Assembly: GCF_009914755.1 (NCBI RefSeq)
Contig: NC_060930.1
Strand: one strand, 5' to 3'
DNA: 64,000 bases
Origin: the human T2T-CHM13v2.0 reference genome, Homo sapiens
Each line of letters starts with the position of its first letter. Positions within the stretch are counted from its first letter, which is position 1. The notes beneath the pieces are model-generated. The model was not told where the DNA came from. It saw only the letters and a list, made by a program, of their open reading frames with translations, and ran no database searches. Both the position numbers and the translations under genes were made by a program. Shown here piece by piece: positions 14,083 through 26,974 of this stretch.

Positions 14083-14208
14083 ATTTTATTAATTAATGGC
14101 CTCACAAAGTTCTATAATACTCTTTCGTATGTATTTAGTTGCATGCCCTTTGATATCCTCATTGTGAAACAAATATTTTTAATATCCTCTATGAAAACTA
14201 TAGAAAGA

Positions 14209-15269
14209 TATTGGGGATGCTACCCCAATAGTCACGTAGGTTCTTTTCTATTTTCCCTAAGCATCGGCCGGCTTGAGAAATAAAGGGAAAGAGCACAAAA
14301 GAGAGAAATTTTAAAGCTGGGCATCCGGGGGAGACATCACATGTCAGTAGGTTCCGTGATGGCCCACAAGCCACAAAAACCAGCAAGTTTTTATTAGGGA
14401 TTTTCAAAAGGGGAGGGAGTGTGTGAATAGGTGTGGGTCACAGACATCAAGTCCTTAATATCACAAGGCAAGTGGAGGCAGGGCGAGATCACAGGACCAC
14501 AGGACCAGGGCGAAATTAGAATTGCTAATGAAGTTTCGGGCACCATTGTCATTGATAACATCTTATCAGGAGACAGGGTTTTGAGAGCAACCCGTCTGAC
14601 CAAAAATTTATTAGGCGGGAATTTCCTCTTCCTAATAAGCCTGGGAGCGCTATGGGAGACTGGGGTCTATTTCACCCATGCAGTCTACAGACCATAGGAG
14701 ACGGCCACACCTAGCGGTCCCGTTTATAGGCCTATGCCCCCAGGTGCATATTCTCTTTCCCAGGGATGTTCCTTGCTGAGAAAAAGAATTCAGCGATATT
14801 TCTCCCATTTGCTTTTGAAAGAAGAGAAATATGGCTCTGTTCCACCCGGCTCACTGGTGGTCAGAGTTTAAGGTTATCTCTCTTATTCCCTGAACAATTG
14901 GTACTATCCTGTTCTTTTTTCAAGGTGCCCAGATTTCATATTGCTCAAACACACGTGCTGTACAATTTGTGCAGTTAATGCAATTATTACAGGGTCCTGA
15001 GGCGACATACATCCTCCTCAGCTGATAGGATTAAGAGATTAAAGTAAAGACAGGCATAGGAAATCACAAGGGTATTGATTGGGGAAGTGATAAGTGTCCA
15101 TGAAATCTTCACAATTTATGTTTAGAGATTGCAGTAAAGACAGGCATAAGAAATTATAAAAGCAATAATTTGGGGAATTAATAAATGTCCATGAAATCTT
15201 CACAATCCACGTTCTTCTACCATGGCTTCAGCCGGTCTCTCTGTTTGGGGTCCCTGATGTCCCAAAACA
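14209..15269 (-). mobile_element. MER11 (B/C-like) solo LTR of HERV-K11/HML-8
   Basis: Collinear with the proviral LTR at 48699-49783, including the characteristic internal repeats. TSD (G/C)AAAGA at 14203-14208 and 15270-15275. Confidence 0.93.
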
Positions 15270-18039
15270 CAAAGATAATTGTCTTCTAGCCTAGCTGATT
15301 GAAATTTTTTTTTTTTTTTTTTTTTTTTACTGTTAATAGCTGGGACACATTCAATATGTGATTATACAAGATATACTTACTATTTGTAGTACTGCTCTTG
15401 GTTTGTGCCCTACAAATGCAGGTATTCTAATACTATTCTGAAGAATGCCTGAAAAACATGTTGTTTTTATAATTATGCAATATTATTCAGAATATTCTTG
15501 AAGGAATAGAACTTTCATTTTGATTGGTGTCAATGAGAACTGAATCATTTTCTTATAATTTTACATGTCTGATAATTAGAAGAATTTTCCATAGACTAGA
15601 TTGTTGCTCCATATATTTCAAATCTATTTCTCCTCCATTATCCATGAATATTCTGTGCTGAAAATCAGAGGGCATGTTCATATCAAATTATAATCTCTGG
15701 AAATATACATTAATTTCAGTGATGCCTGATGAGTCAACAACAACTTAAGTATACATATAAAAACTGTGAAACTTAAGTAGATTAGAAACAAGATAATATA
15801 TCTCCAACTTAACTTTCTCTTAGCCAGATTCTAAAACATCCATGGCTAATCCATTTCTATTGGACCTCAGGGGATTTGTAATGGGGATGAAGTCAGAAAA
15901 GAAAGAGACAGCAGTCCAACCAATTACCATTAAAATATCTTATGTTTGAAAGTTTTAGAAAAACTAGTGATTACATGAACACGTTGCAAGGGAGCCTCCT
16001 AGGGCATTGCAAGGGCCTCATCTAGTGAGGTGCCCTAGAGAGAAGCTTCATTAGTTTCATAGGAAATCTCCCTCGGATTACAGAAACTTCTGAGTGACAG
16101 ATTTGCCTAGAGGGACCTTTCTTTAAACTCAGATATGTCACATTTGATTTTGTGTCTGTTGTATTTTCCTATTTAGTTTTTTATTAAAAGTTAAGAGCAA
16201 CTCCAAAGTCACTGAAGTTGTAACCTAAGAACTATTCCCTGTTTCTTAGAGTACCAATTCTATATGGACTATTAAAAATGAATGACTCACAACATTGTAG
16301 ACAACAAGGAAGTTGGAAGGAAGCAAAGAATGTGTGTTGATCTAAAAAAAAAAAAGAAAAGAAGGCCTAGTTTTAAACTGTTGAAGGTAGAAAGACAAGT
16401 TGTAAAGCCAGGAATTCCCAGAAGATAGCCACTTTCTAAGAGTTCTATGATAACTTACTTACAATAACAAGGCTCTCTCCAGACACTGAAGTATAATCTC
16501 AAAAACTAAATTATTAATTTATAGGAAAATAAAACTTTACACAGATCAGATTACTTGTGTTAACATGACAAGGTTTCTCTCCTATAGGCTAGCTTGAATG
16601 GCAAGTCTGATTATGAACAAAAAGTTGCCTGGTAAGTGTGAAATGTGAACATAGAGTGTATGTGATCTTAAGCAGTTCCTCAGACAATATATTTTGATCT
16701 TCCTTCCTCATATCTATTGGCCAAGGCTGCTTTTCCCTTGACTTGTTTAGATGCACATTGCCATATTTGTCATGTATGTTCTTCCTGATTGAAACAGTCT
16801 TTGTTCACACATATTAATGCCATTGTTATGACTGTGGTCAAATGTTATGCCAAACTGGGAGCTATTTTAAATCTTCCAGGTAACATAACATACATAATAT
16901 ATATGTATGTATATTACATTTTTAGATGTTTATCAAAGTAATATTCACCTACAATTGACAAAGCATAGGGCTTAAACAAAAACAATGGCCCATTGCCTCA
17001 TCAACCTCCATTCCTAGATCTTTCTCCTAAAGATTACCTGCATATCTGTGAATGATGTGTAGGGAGGAATTTCTTATCAATTTTTAGATATTTTGTATTA
17101 GGTTCTTACCAAGGCAGATGAGGATTTAGCCTACTTATAGCTACCCTATCTTCCTTCCTTTTCATATAGTTATAATATCATTTTGTTCCTGAATCCTTAT
17201 ATTTGAAACATTAAATAATATTCTTAACCTTTGCTGTTTTTTCTGCTAATTATAAACAGTAATTTTTAAATTCTATAGTTCATAAGATGTAGATATTAGT
17301 TACCTCTTGCTCCTCCTCTCAGCATTTCTCTCTTCCAGTTTCTGTTATGTATATTTTAACTTTTACATTGTCACAGTTGATAACAATTTCTTACTATATA
17401 TTACATGAAAGAGGGGGTTAATTAAACTCAAGACTAATAATGTTTGCATTCTGTGAATTGGTTAAGAAAAAAAAATAGACCAAAACCAATTTTGTTCACA
17501 ATAATCATGGTTTTAAGAAACCTGTACCTTGTTTTGCTTAAAAACTCCAGAAGAAGCCTCATAATATGCAATATGAAATGTGTTTAAAAGTTGCTTTGGG
17601 TGTACACTGTAAGATCTTAACACAGACACTGGGTCAATCAGTTCAAGATAACCAGTCTTATAGTTGGTAAACAGCCTGATATTACTTTCTGATATTCTGT
17701 GTGAAATCTTCTCCTAAAAGTCCTTGGTGAACTCATGTCTTCACTGACTTCTGTGTATGCATACATGTGTTCACGCCCACAATGAAGCTGTACAAGCCGT
17801 TAATTCAAGTGCTGCTTGTGGTTTTTAATCTTGTAAATTGAGAAAACTAATAGCAGGACTTACTATACAATTATATTTCATTGAGAAGTGTCATTTTTTA
17901 CATTTCTGGTTCAGTATTTTGTTTTTCAACTGCCCTCCTTTTTCATCACTGTTTACCTTCATTATGTAATCTTTTCTTCCTCTTACCTCACTTCATATAG
18001 TACAGCAGCATTCAACAAGTCAAGATAATAAGAATAAAA

Positions 18040-19033
18040 ATTGTCTCCTGGATGAATCCCAGGAACCCTAAATTCAACATGTTAAAAACTTAATTCAGAA
18101 CCAGACACAGTGGCATGTGCTTGTAATCCCAGGTACTCAGCAGGCTGAGGTTGGAGGAACCCTTGAGCCAAGGAGTTGGACATAGCCTAGGCAGTACAGC
18201 AAGACCCCATCTCAAAACCACAACAACAACAAACAAACAAAAACCTCAATTCATCCTCTTGTATCTAGCCCAACTCCTCCTACATTCTCCATCTAAGGAC
18301 ACCCACTGCTAAGGACAAAAATCAAGAAGGCATCTTGGGTTTCTCCTGTCATACTTCATATCTTGTCTGCTGTGAAATCGTTATTTGTTCTGCCTCACAA
18401 AGAACAAACGGATTAGGATAGTTTTCTCTGTCCTCACTACTCACCTTCAAGCCATCCTACATTTCAAGTTAGAATAATGTTTCTTATACTCAGATCTGAG
18501 TAACCACATTTTCTATTTAGAAGCCTTATTTTTTTCTCATTGTGTGCATGATAATACCCCAGATTTCTCACACAATATTCAATGCCTTTGATTATGTAGG
18601 TTGAGCTCATCTCACCAGCCTTGTATCTTAATGCATCTCCCCTTACTCTTTACTCCACTCTGAACTGTCCCTGACCCTCCAATATGCCACTTCCTCTTTT
18701 GTCTTTAGGTTTTTACATGTTTTGTCTGTTCTCACTGGAACATCCTCCAGTCACTCTTCACATGGTGAACATGTGTGCCCAGTCTCAGTTTAGATGGTAA
18801 ACCCTTCCTTGAATATTTTCTTTTAGAGTCATTAAATGCCAACTGTATTTTCAAACATAATGTCTTAACTGCTTTTCAGAATACATATAGTATGCTGAGA
18901 TGATCTCTTTAACTGTTTTATACACTAGAGTGTACATTCTCCATGGAGATTATATTTTATTCACTGTGTAGGCCTAATGCCCAGTATAGATGGCAGCATT
19001 GCCTGGTGTCTGTTTGCCAGGTGAATGAATGAA
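18040..19033 (+). mobile_element. L2 LINE 3' fragment
   Basis: L2 motifs (AAATTCAACATGT; CTCAGATCTGA; TATTCACTGTGTA..GCCTAATGCCCAG) ending in a TGAATGAATGAA tail. Confidence 0.65.
18100..18243 (+). mobile_element. FLAM/FAM-type free Alu monomer inserted in L2
   Basis: Single Alu arm with a (CAA)n/A tail. Degenerate TSD AAAAC(T/C)T(A/C)AATTCA. Confidence 0.8.
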
Positions 19034-19263
19034 AACATCCAAGTCCTTTTCATAGATTCCTTGATTATCTCAAATTATTTTCATTAGAACAGATGACTAT
19101 TTCATGGGATGATATAAGTATAATTTGGCTTTAAAAGGAATAGATAGAATAGATGACACCTTCAAGTTGTTATGAGGGTTCTGAGAGTAATAAATTTACT
19201 GTCTTTACAAATTCCAAAGTAGATACCATTAAAATGGCTTTTTCATAGCCCTCTTCAAGATAC

Positions 19264-19779
19264 TGAGAGTGGCAGGAGGCATTCAGATGCCTAGGCATAG
19301 GGTGGGTCCCCAGTGAAACCCCACCTCCAAGCTGAAGACTGTTTAATGCCTGAAAGCCAAGCTACAAGTTAAATCCTCGGAATGGATTGAGAACATGTCT
19401 TTCTGTTTGGTGCACCTTCCTCCAAAGTTCCCCACCCTTCACCTATTTTACATATACCTATCCTTTCCTAATTTGTTTCCTACACTGTCATGTCCACCTT
19501 TGACTCGTGTCTTTGCTTTAACCTTTTTTGCATATGCACAGGCCAGTCAGCATGCACTCCCTATTCTGAGTCATATGAGGCCCCAGACCCAGCCACATGG
19601 GGGACTTTCCTGCTTTCTGGTAGGGGAATCACCCCCCAAATCCCCTCTTTGCTGAGAGCTTTCCTTTTGCTTAATAGGTTCTACTACACTCACTCTCCAG
19701 TGTCCGCATGCTTAATTCTTCCTGGTTGTGAGAAAAGATCTCGGATTTAGCTGAGCTAAGGAATAGAAAGACTGCAACA
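19264..19779 (+). mobile_element. ERV1 solo LTR (MER61/LTR27/LTR28 group)
   Basis: TGAGAG..GCAACA termini with a perfect 4-bp TSD ATAC (19260-19263 / 19780-19783). Contains the GGGTCCCCAGTGAAACCCCACC..GCCTGAAAGCCAAGCTACAAG motif. Confidence 0.8.
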
Positions 19780-20156
19780 ATACCAGGTCTACCTATGGCT
19801 TGTAGAAATTGCCACATGACTAAGAAAGCTACTCTTCTATATATTTTAATTCTCCAATGACATCAATGTAAGAATAGCAATTGCTGCTTGTATTTTGGGG
19901 ATTGTAAATAAGATCTTTGTAGTTATTCTGAAAGAGATTGCATTATGATAAATTTGTACCAACTATTTAAATTTAACAACTTATTTTATTTTTCTCCCAG
20001 AAAGCTATTTGAAATCTTTTTCTGTAATAAATTGATTCAAAAGAAACTTTCCAAATGGGAAATTTGTTCTCCAGTTCTTTAACCTCCACAAACTGTTAGC
20101 TGGCATTCTTTCTGCAGAGATTTCAAAGTTTCTCTATGCCTTCCAACATGGATATA

Positions 20157-20406
20157 TCACTGGGATAGCTGTGTTTCTCTTGAAGGGTTAGATTTAGTTC
20201 CTAATTCTGGCTCATTCATCTCTTCCATAGTCATATCCATTGTTAATGCAGAAATTTTCTTTTCCAGATATTCTATGTCTTTTTCTGTACCTTCCCATAA
20301 AGATTTGCTCTTCTTGTTTTGTAATGGCATGTTTGGTGTTTGAGGCCAATTTTGGCTAGTTAAATTGTCCACATTTAAAAGTTACTCCAAAAATCGTATT
20401 TTCAGA
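20157..20406 (-). pseudogene. Putative terminal exon: SENTIFGVTFKCGQFN*, with a likely frameshifted continuation NWPQTPNMPLQNKK..ETQLSQ*
   Basis: Acceptor gctctgccttataccaacttctag|TCT is phase 0, matching the upstream exon. Stop at 20356-20358. A 71-aa ORF continues in another frame. AATAAA on the minus strand at 19985-19990. Confidence 0.6.
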
Positions 20407-20489
20407 CTAGAAGTTGGTATAAGGCAGAGCAACAATTTTAACAGTTATAAGCCCTGCTCTTTCATTTGTTCTGAGACTGACTTTGTCCA

Positions 20490-20726
20490 CTAGAATGATG
20501 GATTTTCAGCAGCTTTCCTTGAAGCCCCACTTCACACACGAGCCTTGGGGCTGATGGCAGGAGAAAGCTGGGGCCAGATTAGTGGCACAGTGCCTTCTTC
20601 TCTACCACACTCAACTGAAATATCTCTCCTTTTGTTTTATTTACATGTTGAGCTTCTGAGTAAGATTTCATCTGGGAAAATAAACTGAATAGAGCATGTT
20701 ATTACAAAATAATTTTAAAACCTCTG
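20490..20726. mobile_element. Possible MER102-like hAT-Charlie fragment
   Basis: TTTTGTTTTATTTACATGTTGAGCTTCTGAGTAAGATTTCAT..TTTAAAACCTCTG motif. Confidence 0.35.
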
Positions 20727-21543
20727 CCAAAGAAGGTGAATAACACTTAGGAAGTAAATGTGATACAAAACTGCCTAAGAGCATAATTTACCTTTGGTTC
20801 TGGCTATCTTCTATATGGCCTGAGTGCTCTATTCATTCCATGTACAAACTGATCAACACTTCTGTCATAAAACTATGACTCGTCACACTCAGAATCTTCA
20901 AGGGCAATTCCTATTTATAATAAAATGGATCCAATATTTACCTTCTGCAATAATTGTCCAGTGAGTCCCTTTGAAACTTCTGCCTCACTTGGGGTTGAGA
21001 AAGGCTGGATTCTTCATGTTGAGTAGCATTCTAAATGATACTTTTTTTTTTCCTGAAATCTTAAGTAGGCACAGTACGCATTTTATTCTGCTTATCTTTG
21101 CATTTTAATATCCACTATAAATTTAATATAGTTATATATCTATATTATCAATGTTAAATATCTAAAATGTGCAAGTGCATAGAAGTGACTCAGATCTTGT
21201 TTATTTCTATTTACTTCCAGTGCTGCTGATATCTCACTTGTCACTTGTAGAAGACATTGCCTGGTTTTTGTCTGACCACCATTCTTTTTCTCTACTACTG
21301 GAGATAGCAACACCCACCCCACTGGGGAAATGCTCTGCCTCCTCTCCATGGGTTTTAGGGAGGAGAGTTTCAATACAGCCCTCTGGAACATGGCTGAGAG
21401 TGAGTCAGCTGACCCAATTAGCTAAACAAAAATGCTCATGTAGGATTTATACTTTATTTAGAGAGAAATAAGTTCTTTTTCCTGTGGGCTTTATTAAAGT
21501 GAGATGAGGTGAGTCTCAGTAATTGTAGAATGTCCTTGGTTAC

Positions 21544-21674
21544 CTCTAGGTTTGCTGAGCTGTTGCTGTCTGTTGATTTATATACTCTCATAATAATATT
21601 CTTGGGGGTGGCAAGAAGTGTATCTCCCTGGAAGGGTGCCTGTAGCATGACTCTACCCAGAAAAAAAGTAGTTT
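21544..21674 (-). pseudogene. Putative exon (131 nt, phase 1->0): (E)TTFFLGRVMLQAPFQGDTLLATPKNIIMRVYKSTDSNSSANLE
   Basis: catctattttatag|AA .. GAG|gtaacc. Open frame; phase matches both neighbours. Confidence 0.7.
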
Positions 21675-21853
21675 CTATAAAATAGATGATTTCTGTTTCC
21701 AAGATTTTCAAAATTTTAGTCTTCCCATTTCAAAACACTGCCATCTCTTCTTGTTGCAGAAAATGTATGAAAACTAAAACTGAATTTGATGATGGATTGC
21801 CGTTCCCAGAGATTCTGTGGATGATAAGAAAACCAAGCATTTAACATGCTTAC

Positions 21854-21917
21854 CTTTTAACTCTTTCCTGTTTGTGATGTACTGAATAAATTCACACAAA
21901 TTATTACAATATGCATC
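21854..21917 (-). pseudogene. Putative exon (64 nt, phase 0->1): DAYCNNLCEFIQYITNRKELK
   Basis: acattttttag|GAT .. AAG|gtaagc. Open frame; phase matches both neighbours. Confidence 0.72.
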
Positions 21918-22725
21918 CTAAAAAATGTCCACTGTAAAATATATTCTTTTCTTGTAGCCTCTTTGCTTATATTGATTCCATGGGTCTACCCTATAAACAT
22001 TTGCATTAAATTAACTATTAATGATGATCCATATGAACTATTCTAATTGTTTTACCTTCATGAATCTTCTTTCATGAAAATATAAACATAGCTACCCTTA
22101 AACTCAAATATCTCTTTCATACCTTGTGAGTTAGTTTCTAGCTTTCCATCAATGCACATCGAATAGATTCCTTTTCACTCCCTGACAAGTACAGTGAGAA
22201 GGAAAAATTAGAGCTAGGGATGAGACTGAAGTCATCACTATCCAAATGACTATCCAGGAGAGAAGATAGCTAGGAAATAGGTCATCATTTTGGTTCTTAT
22301 TGTTTAACTTGACTGAGTCCTACTTCTCTTCATCCCTCAAAGACTATAGTCATTGAGATAAGACATCATTTTGCAGAGTGTATTTTGTTAGTAATAAAAA
22401 TAAAGGAAAGCTTTAGGGGTTTGTTTATTCTAAAGTCACAATCAAAATAATTTAATTGCATTACTTCTCTAATCATTGACTGCTTCTCTTCTGGTACAAG
22501 GGTAGGTAAACTTTGTAGCAAACCTAACCTTGCCTACAAAACTTGGGATTGCTCTTCACTACAGTAATTGCTACCCCTCTGCTTAGGACATCCCTTTCCC
22601 ACTCATCAGGCAAAGGGATACCAAAAGCTGGAGGGAAAATCATCTGTTATATCAAGAAATTTCAGATTTATATATGGTGTTGAAATCTGAATCTCAGGTG
22701 CCTTGACATGGCACATGATTTAGAC

Positions 22726-23156
22726 TGTTAGAAGAAAAACTTCAGCTGAATTAAATTTAAAGGAGTTTAACTGAGCAATGAGCAATTTCTAAATTGGGAA
22801 GCCCCCAGAATTACAGCAGATTCAGAGAGACTCCAGGGATGCCTCATGGTCAGAATAAATTTATAGACAAAAAAAGGAAGTGATGTGCAGAAATCAGAAG
22901 TGAGGTACAGAAACAGCTGGATTGATTACAGGTTGATGTTTACCTTATTTGAACACAGTTTGAGCACTCGGCAGTGTATGAGAGGTTGAAGTATGGCTGC
23001 TGAGATTGGCCAAGACTCAGTTATTGTTAAAAGCACATACTCCTAAATTAGGGTTTCAATCTTGTCCACCTATTAAGTTAGGTTGTGGTTCATCCACAAG
23101 GACTCAAATATAGAAGTACAGAGTCCTTCTCAGGTTATATTTAGTTTACTTTAACA
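22726..23156 (-). mobile_element. MER57 (A1/B1-like) ERV1 solo LTR
   Basis: TGTTAGAAGAAAAACTTCAG..TTTACTTTAACA, with a perfect 4-bp TSD AGAC (22722-22725 / 23157-23160). Confidence 0.88.
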
Positions 23157-23741
23157 AGACTAAAAGGTTATAGCATTTCTCTCCCACTGACAATCATTAC
23201 CCAAGAAAAGTTTTCGTTTGAATGAGGTGGATCAAGCTAAAACAATTATGCATATAGTTTAGCAATTAATTTAGCTCCAGGTAAGTTAAAGAACTAACGG
23301 GTGTTCAAAAATAGATTTCTAAAGATATCACAATATCCAAAAGTATTTATGAATTATTTTGTAGTGAATTTTCCTATGTAGACCTTTACTAAAATTTACT
23401 TAGATAAAAAGACATTGAGAAACACATTTCTCAACCATAGGTAGAGGAGGAGCCAATTCCCACAATAAGAATTAGGAATTCTCACAAGTGATATAATTAG
23501 AGGAAGAAGTAGTAATCTTATATTTGCAGTTCAAATGCTGAAATGAGGCTGTTGTTGTTTGAAACCTAACTGTGGTGTATATTCTGAAAGTGTTCACATG
23601 TTACAGCAGTGTAAGGGCCAGCAAAGTTATTAAATACTTCAAGTATAAATGATATGGCTGCAAAAGGGGAACCGTCCCATGGATATGCCCAGCTGTCATT
23701 AACAAATAAGAGCTACAGATAGCATTATCAGATATTCTTAC

Positions 23742-23850
23742 CAACACTATACATTGCTCACTGGAAAGCCAGCACAGGTCTATAATTATTATGTTCCATA
23801 CATTGTGTTCAAAATATGTAATTATTTCTAGACCCATAGACAAATATGTA
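23742..23850 (-). pseudogene. Putative exon (109 nt, phase 2->0): TYLSMGLEIITYFEHNVWNIIIIDLCWLSSEQCIVL
   Basis: aaatgctgcag|T .. TTG|gtaaga. Open frame; phase matches both neighbours. Confidence 0.72.
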
Positions 23851-24570
23851 CTGCAGCATTTAGAGTTGCATAATAAAAACTTTTTGAGTGTATAGGATGA
23901 GGTGAAATGTGAGCAAATACCATAAATATTTTTAGCTTCAGATAAGATGATTTTGAATTAGCAGAAAAAGACAGTAGTGTTAAGCTCTATATTACTTTCT
24001 GAGGTAAAGTCATCTACGTGGTCTAAATGTGTCTTACTAAGGCAAATCAGATTTAATGTTTGCATTATGAAGAGGCAAAGTATGAAACAGAACAAAATTC
24101 TATCTAGTCTGTTAACCGCATTAATAAAAAACTCTACTTATGAGATAATCTATCTGATAATTTCATGAACCATTAAAAGTATTTGAGAGGTTTATCTGCA
24201 ATATGCTTTTGAGGTCCTTTAACTTAAAATCTTTATGGGGGAGAAAATTTAATGTTCCTTCTGGTGAATTCTAAACTACTCCTTCTTCAGAATTCTGGGT
24301 CAGGTTTTACATTTGATTTTTATTGAGAATTGGGAAAGAAAGACCACCTTGTGTCACTCCTGCCTTAAGGGGTATAAAAACCCAGCTACCCAACAGGAGG
24401 GCAAGTTTGCTTTGTTTATCCCAGCTCTCACTGTGAAACTTTCAGTTTTAGGGGTGATTGTGGTAGAGGTGAAAATGGATCTTTATTTCCCTGTCAGGTG
24501 CCAAATACCTTAATTTATCTTTTCCTTTAACTTTTCCACAAAAATAAAAACCGTTTCATCAACGTGTTGA

Positions 24571-24869
24571 ATATTTTAATCTTTTTTGAGACGAAGTTTC
24601 ACTTTTATTGCCCAGGCGGGAGCGCAGTGGCGCTATATTGGCTCACTGCAACCTCTGCCTCCTGGGTTCAAGAGATTCTCCTTTGCAGCCTCCCCAGTAG
24701 CTGGGAATGCAGGCACCCGCCACCATGCCCAGCTAATTTTTGTATTTTTAGTAGAGACAGGGTTTCACCATGTTGGCCAGGCTGGTCTCAAACTCCTGAC
24801 CTCAGGTGATCCCCCTGCCTTGGCCTCCCAAAATGCTGGGATTACAGGTATGAACCACTGCACCTGGCC
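24571..24869 (-). mobile_element. AluS (Sq/Sp-like)
   Basis: Full Alu dimer with GTTTCACT.TT.TTGCCC and CCTCAGGTGATCC. TSD CAA(C/A)GTGTTGA. Confidence 0.9.
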
Positions 24870-25070
24870 CAAAGTGTTGACTTTAATAATCAGTTGGAGA
24901 GGAAACATAGTGATTAAGTGTGAATGTGTGAAAGGTTGGCCTTCCATGCTTGTTTATAGTTTATAAGAGTGTGTGTAAATGGAAAAATGTATTGATGAGG
25001 ACAAGAAGTGCAGGGGCTTCATAGTCAAGAGAACAAAGTAAGAAGGGTTTTGGTTTATCTTGTTATTCAC

Positions 25071-25315
25071 TTGCATATATAAAATTTAGGAACAATTTTG
25101 GCAGTCTCCTTCTCAAAAAGGTTGTGGTACTTTGTTGTAAGAGAATTGCGTGTTGATGGCCACTTTGTATACACATGGATTTGGACGTTCCAGAGATTGA
25201 GAGATGGAAAGATTCCCTTTAGAAGGGTGTGGACAGGGCCAGCAGTAACTATCAATTGTAGCTTATCTCACCTTTTTGTCTTCTTTCCACAGTATAATTT
25301 CAAAGATGCCTCCTT
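25071..25315 (-). pseudogene. Putative exon (245 nt, phase 0->2, one TGA): KEASLKLYCGKKTKR*DKLQLIVTAGPVHTLLKGIFPSLNLWNVQIHVYTKWPSTRNSLTTKYHNLFEKETAKIVPKFYIC
   Basis: tttaatatgttag|AAG .. CAA|gtgaat. AA+T gives N in frame with the next exon. An alternative parse as two exons (25272-25315 + 25071-25162) is also phase-consistent. Confidence 0.65.
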
Positions 25316-25958
25316 CTAACATATTAAACTACTATTCCCATAGCTGAAAATACTGCAGTGATTTTCTCTGGAGGGTGAGGTAATCAGGATATTTTTACAT
25401 TTTTCTTCCCTTTGTATAGTTCAAGTTCTTACAATTAGCTTATAATCATTTTATATTTAGAAAAAAGCAGTTTCTATTGAAAATGAAATAAAATGGATGT
25501 AAAACTAATCAAGAGAATCAGTGGTCTTCTAATGAGCTATTGAAAAGTATGTAAGTAATGAGAATTTTGAGACAAAGAGAGTATTTGGTATTAACTGATA
25601 TGCTTTAGTTGGAGAATAGTATTTTGAATCAAGCTCTATAATTGAAGAAAATCTTCTGAGAGTCATTGTAAATGTGTAGTAGGGATAGTCACTCACCTGG
25701 AAAGAACTAAGGAGAAATGAGTGGAGAAAAATCAGAAGTAGGAGTAGCAAATGTGCCTCAGGCCCTTAGATGCTTATTTTGCTTATTTTTAATTTATCTA
25801 TGAAAGGCAAGGGTTGATAGCCGGTCTGTGACATTTCCTCAAACCTCAGAAACATCTGAGAATTTGATGCGGAATTGAATCCTCCTGGAACTCAAACTCA
25901 AGGAATTATAGAAATATACCAGATCCACAATAACAGTACACCTACTGAGCACCTATAC

Positions 25959-26096
25959 CTCATCCTAGGAACAGTTTATTGATTGCCAAATCAGTGTATC
26001 GATGAGAAGGAGCTCCACCAGAGAATGAGAGTAAGTCATGTATCCTGATGGGCAATGTGACTAGAAGTGCATAAATGCAGGGTACAGTTATATACC
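25959..26096 (-). pseudogene. Putative exon (138 nt) with an internal frameshift: GYITVPCIY../..LIDTLIWQSINCS*DE
   Basis: Strong acceptor gagttcttttactgtccctcag|GG and donor GAG|gtatag. Two different frames carry CPED1-like motifs (WIVPC-like and WQPHNC-like). Confidence 0.65.
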
Positions 26097-26934
26097 CTGA
26101 GGGACAGTAAAAGAACTCATTGCTCATGGCTTTCTTAGGCTGAAGTGGCCTGTCTACACCCAGCCTTGTCTCCCCTGACTGCCCATGTTTAAAGTTCAGC
26201 CACGGGGCTTCTGCTATGCTGTGGATTTCTATTCCACATTGCCTGTATTGGCTCAATAATTTGGTACTAGGAGCAACATGTGTCTTTCACTGCTGCTGAC
26301 TGAGCAGTGAGTGTTGCAATGTATGCCAGTGAGTCTATTTTGCAACTTTTAAATACTCAATTGTATTCAAAAATAGTCTTGGAAAAATACATTCAAGTCA
26401 TAGTATAAGTTCTTCAGTATCTTTTGGGGAAAAAAGTAGCTGCTTTTACCCCCTTTACAAAGAAATCTGATGGCTTAATTATTATGATACCAAAAAACCT
26501 CTCAATTATAAAATCAGCTCTTTCTCTGAGATCAGAATATTAAAAAAAGCACACCATAAGGTACTGAATTTTATCAAATTGAGTGGAGACATTTTCAAAC
26601 ATTAGTTTTTGCTATGACTAAATGTGTAAAATAAAGGACATTTTCAAAAAGGAAAATTATTTTCAATTTTATTCAGTCACTCAGAAGGAATCACAATGTA
26701 CATTTTATAAATATCATTTAGTTTGTCTTTGCACTTGTCTTTTCAGGTAACTTTTACAGATAAAGTGATAAAATGTTACATTTCAATGGAAGCCTTGAGT
26801 ATAATTCAAATAGGACAAAGTTGCTAAAATATGTGTTTTGAGAAATTTAGGACTTCACACCAAAAAAAGATAGGATAGTGACATATAGATAGGATAGTGA
26901 CAAAGTCTTTTCTGAGGAATCCCAAACACCTTAC

Positions 26935-26974
26935 ATGTATTATGTCATTGTTCTCACAAATCAATATAGGGAAG
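26935..26974 (-). pseudogene. Putative exon (40 nt): FPILICENNDIIH
   Basis: tttttttttgtctttcag|C .. CAT|gtaagg; strong splice signals on both sides. Confidence 0.65.

Larger units (their letters stand above)
13347..16075 (+). mobile_element. Zaphod-like hAT-Tip100 DNA transposon fossil with both termini, interrupted by two LTRs
   Basis: Left end CAGGTGTAGATTCCCAGGTTTT..GGGCCCTCTTTAATAAG. The sequence resumes after each insertion (TTTTATTAATTAA..ATAGAAAGA|..|AAAGATAATT). Right end AAGCTTCATTAGTTTCATAGGAAATCTCCCTC. Matches the recalled consensus. Confidence 0.6.

Noticed and set aside
15030-15210. ~80-bp direct repeats, also at ~40770-40940 and ~49560-49730, superficially array-like
   Set aside because: Intrinsic U3 repeats of MER11 LTRs; not CRISPR or a novel array.
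26449-26525. Possible extra exon ERADFIIERFFGIIIIKPSDFFVKG
   Set aside because: Its phase fits neither neighbour, and the flanking exons appear contiguous by homology (CENND..GYITVPC). Left unassigned.
25959-26974. Three in-frame TGA codons in a phase-only splice model, suggesting a selenoprotein or read-through
   Set aside because: Homology-like motifs fall in other frames, indicating frameshifts. TAG and TAA stops also occur and no SECIS was recognised. Ordinary pseudogene decay is the simpler explanation.
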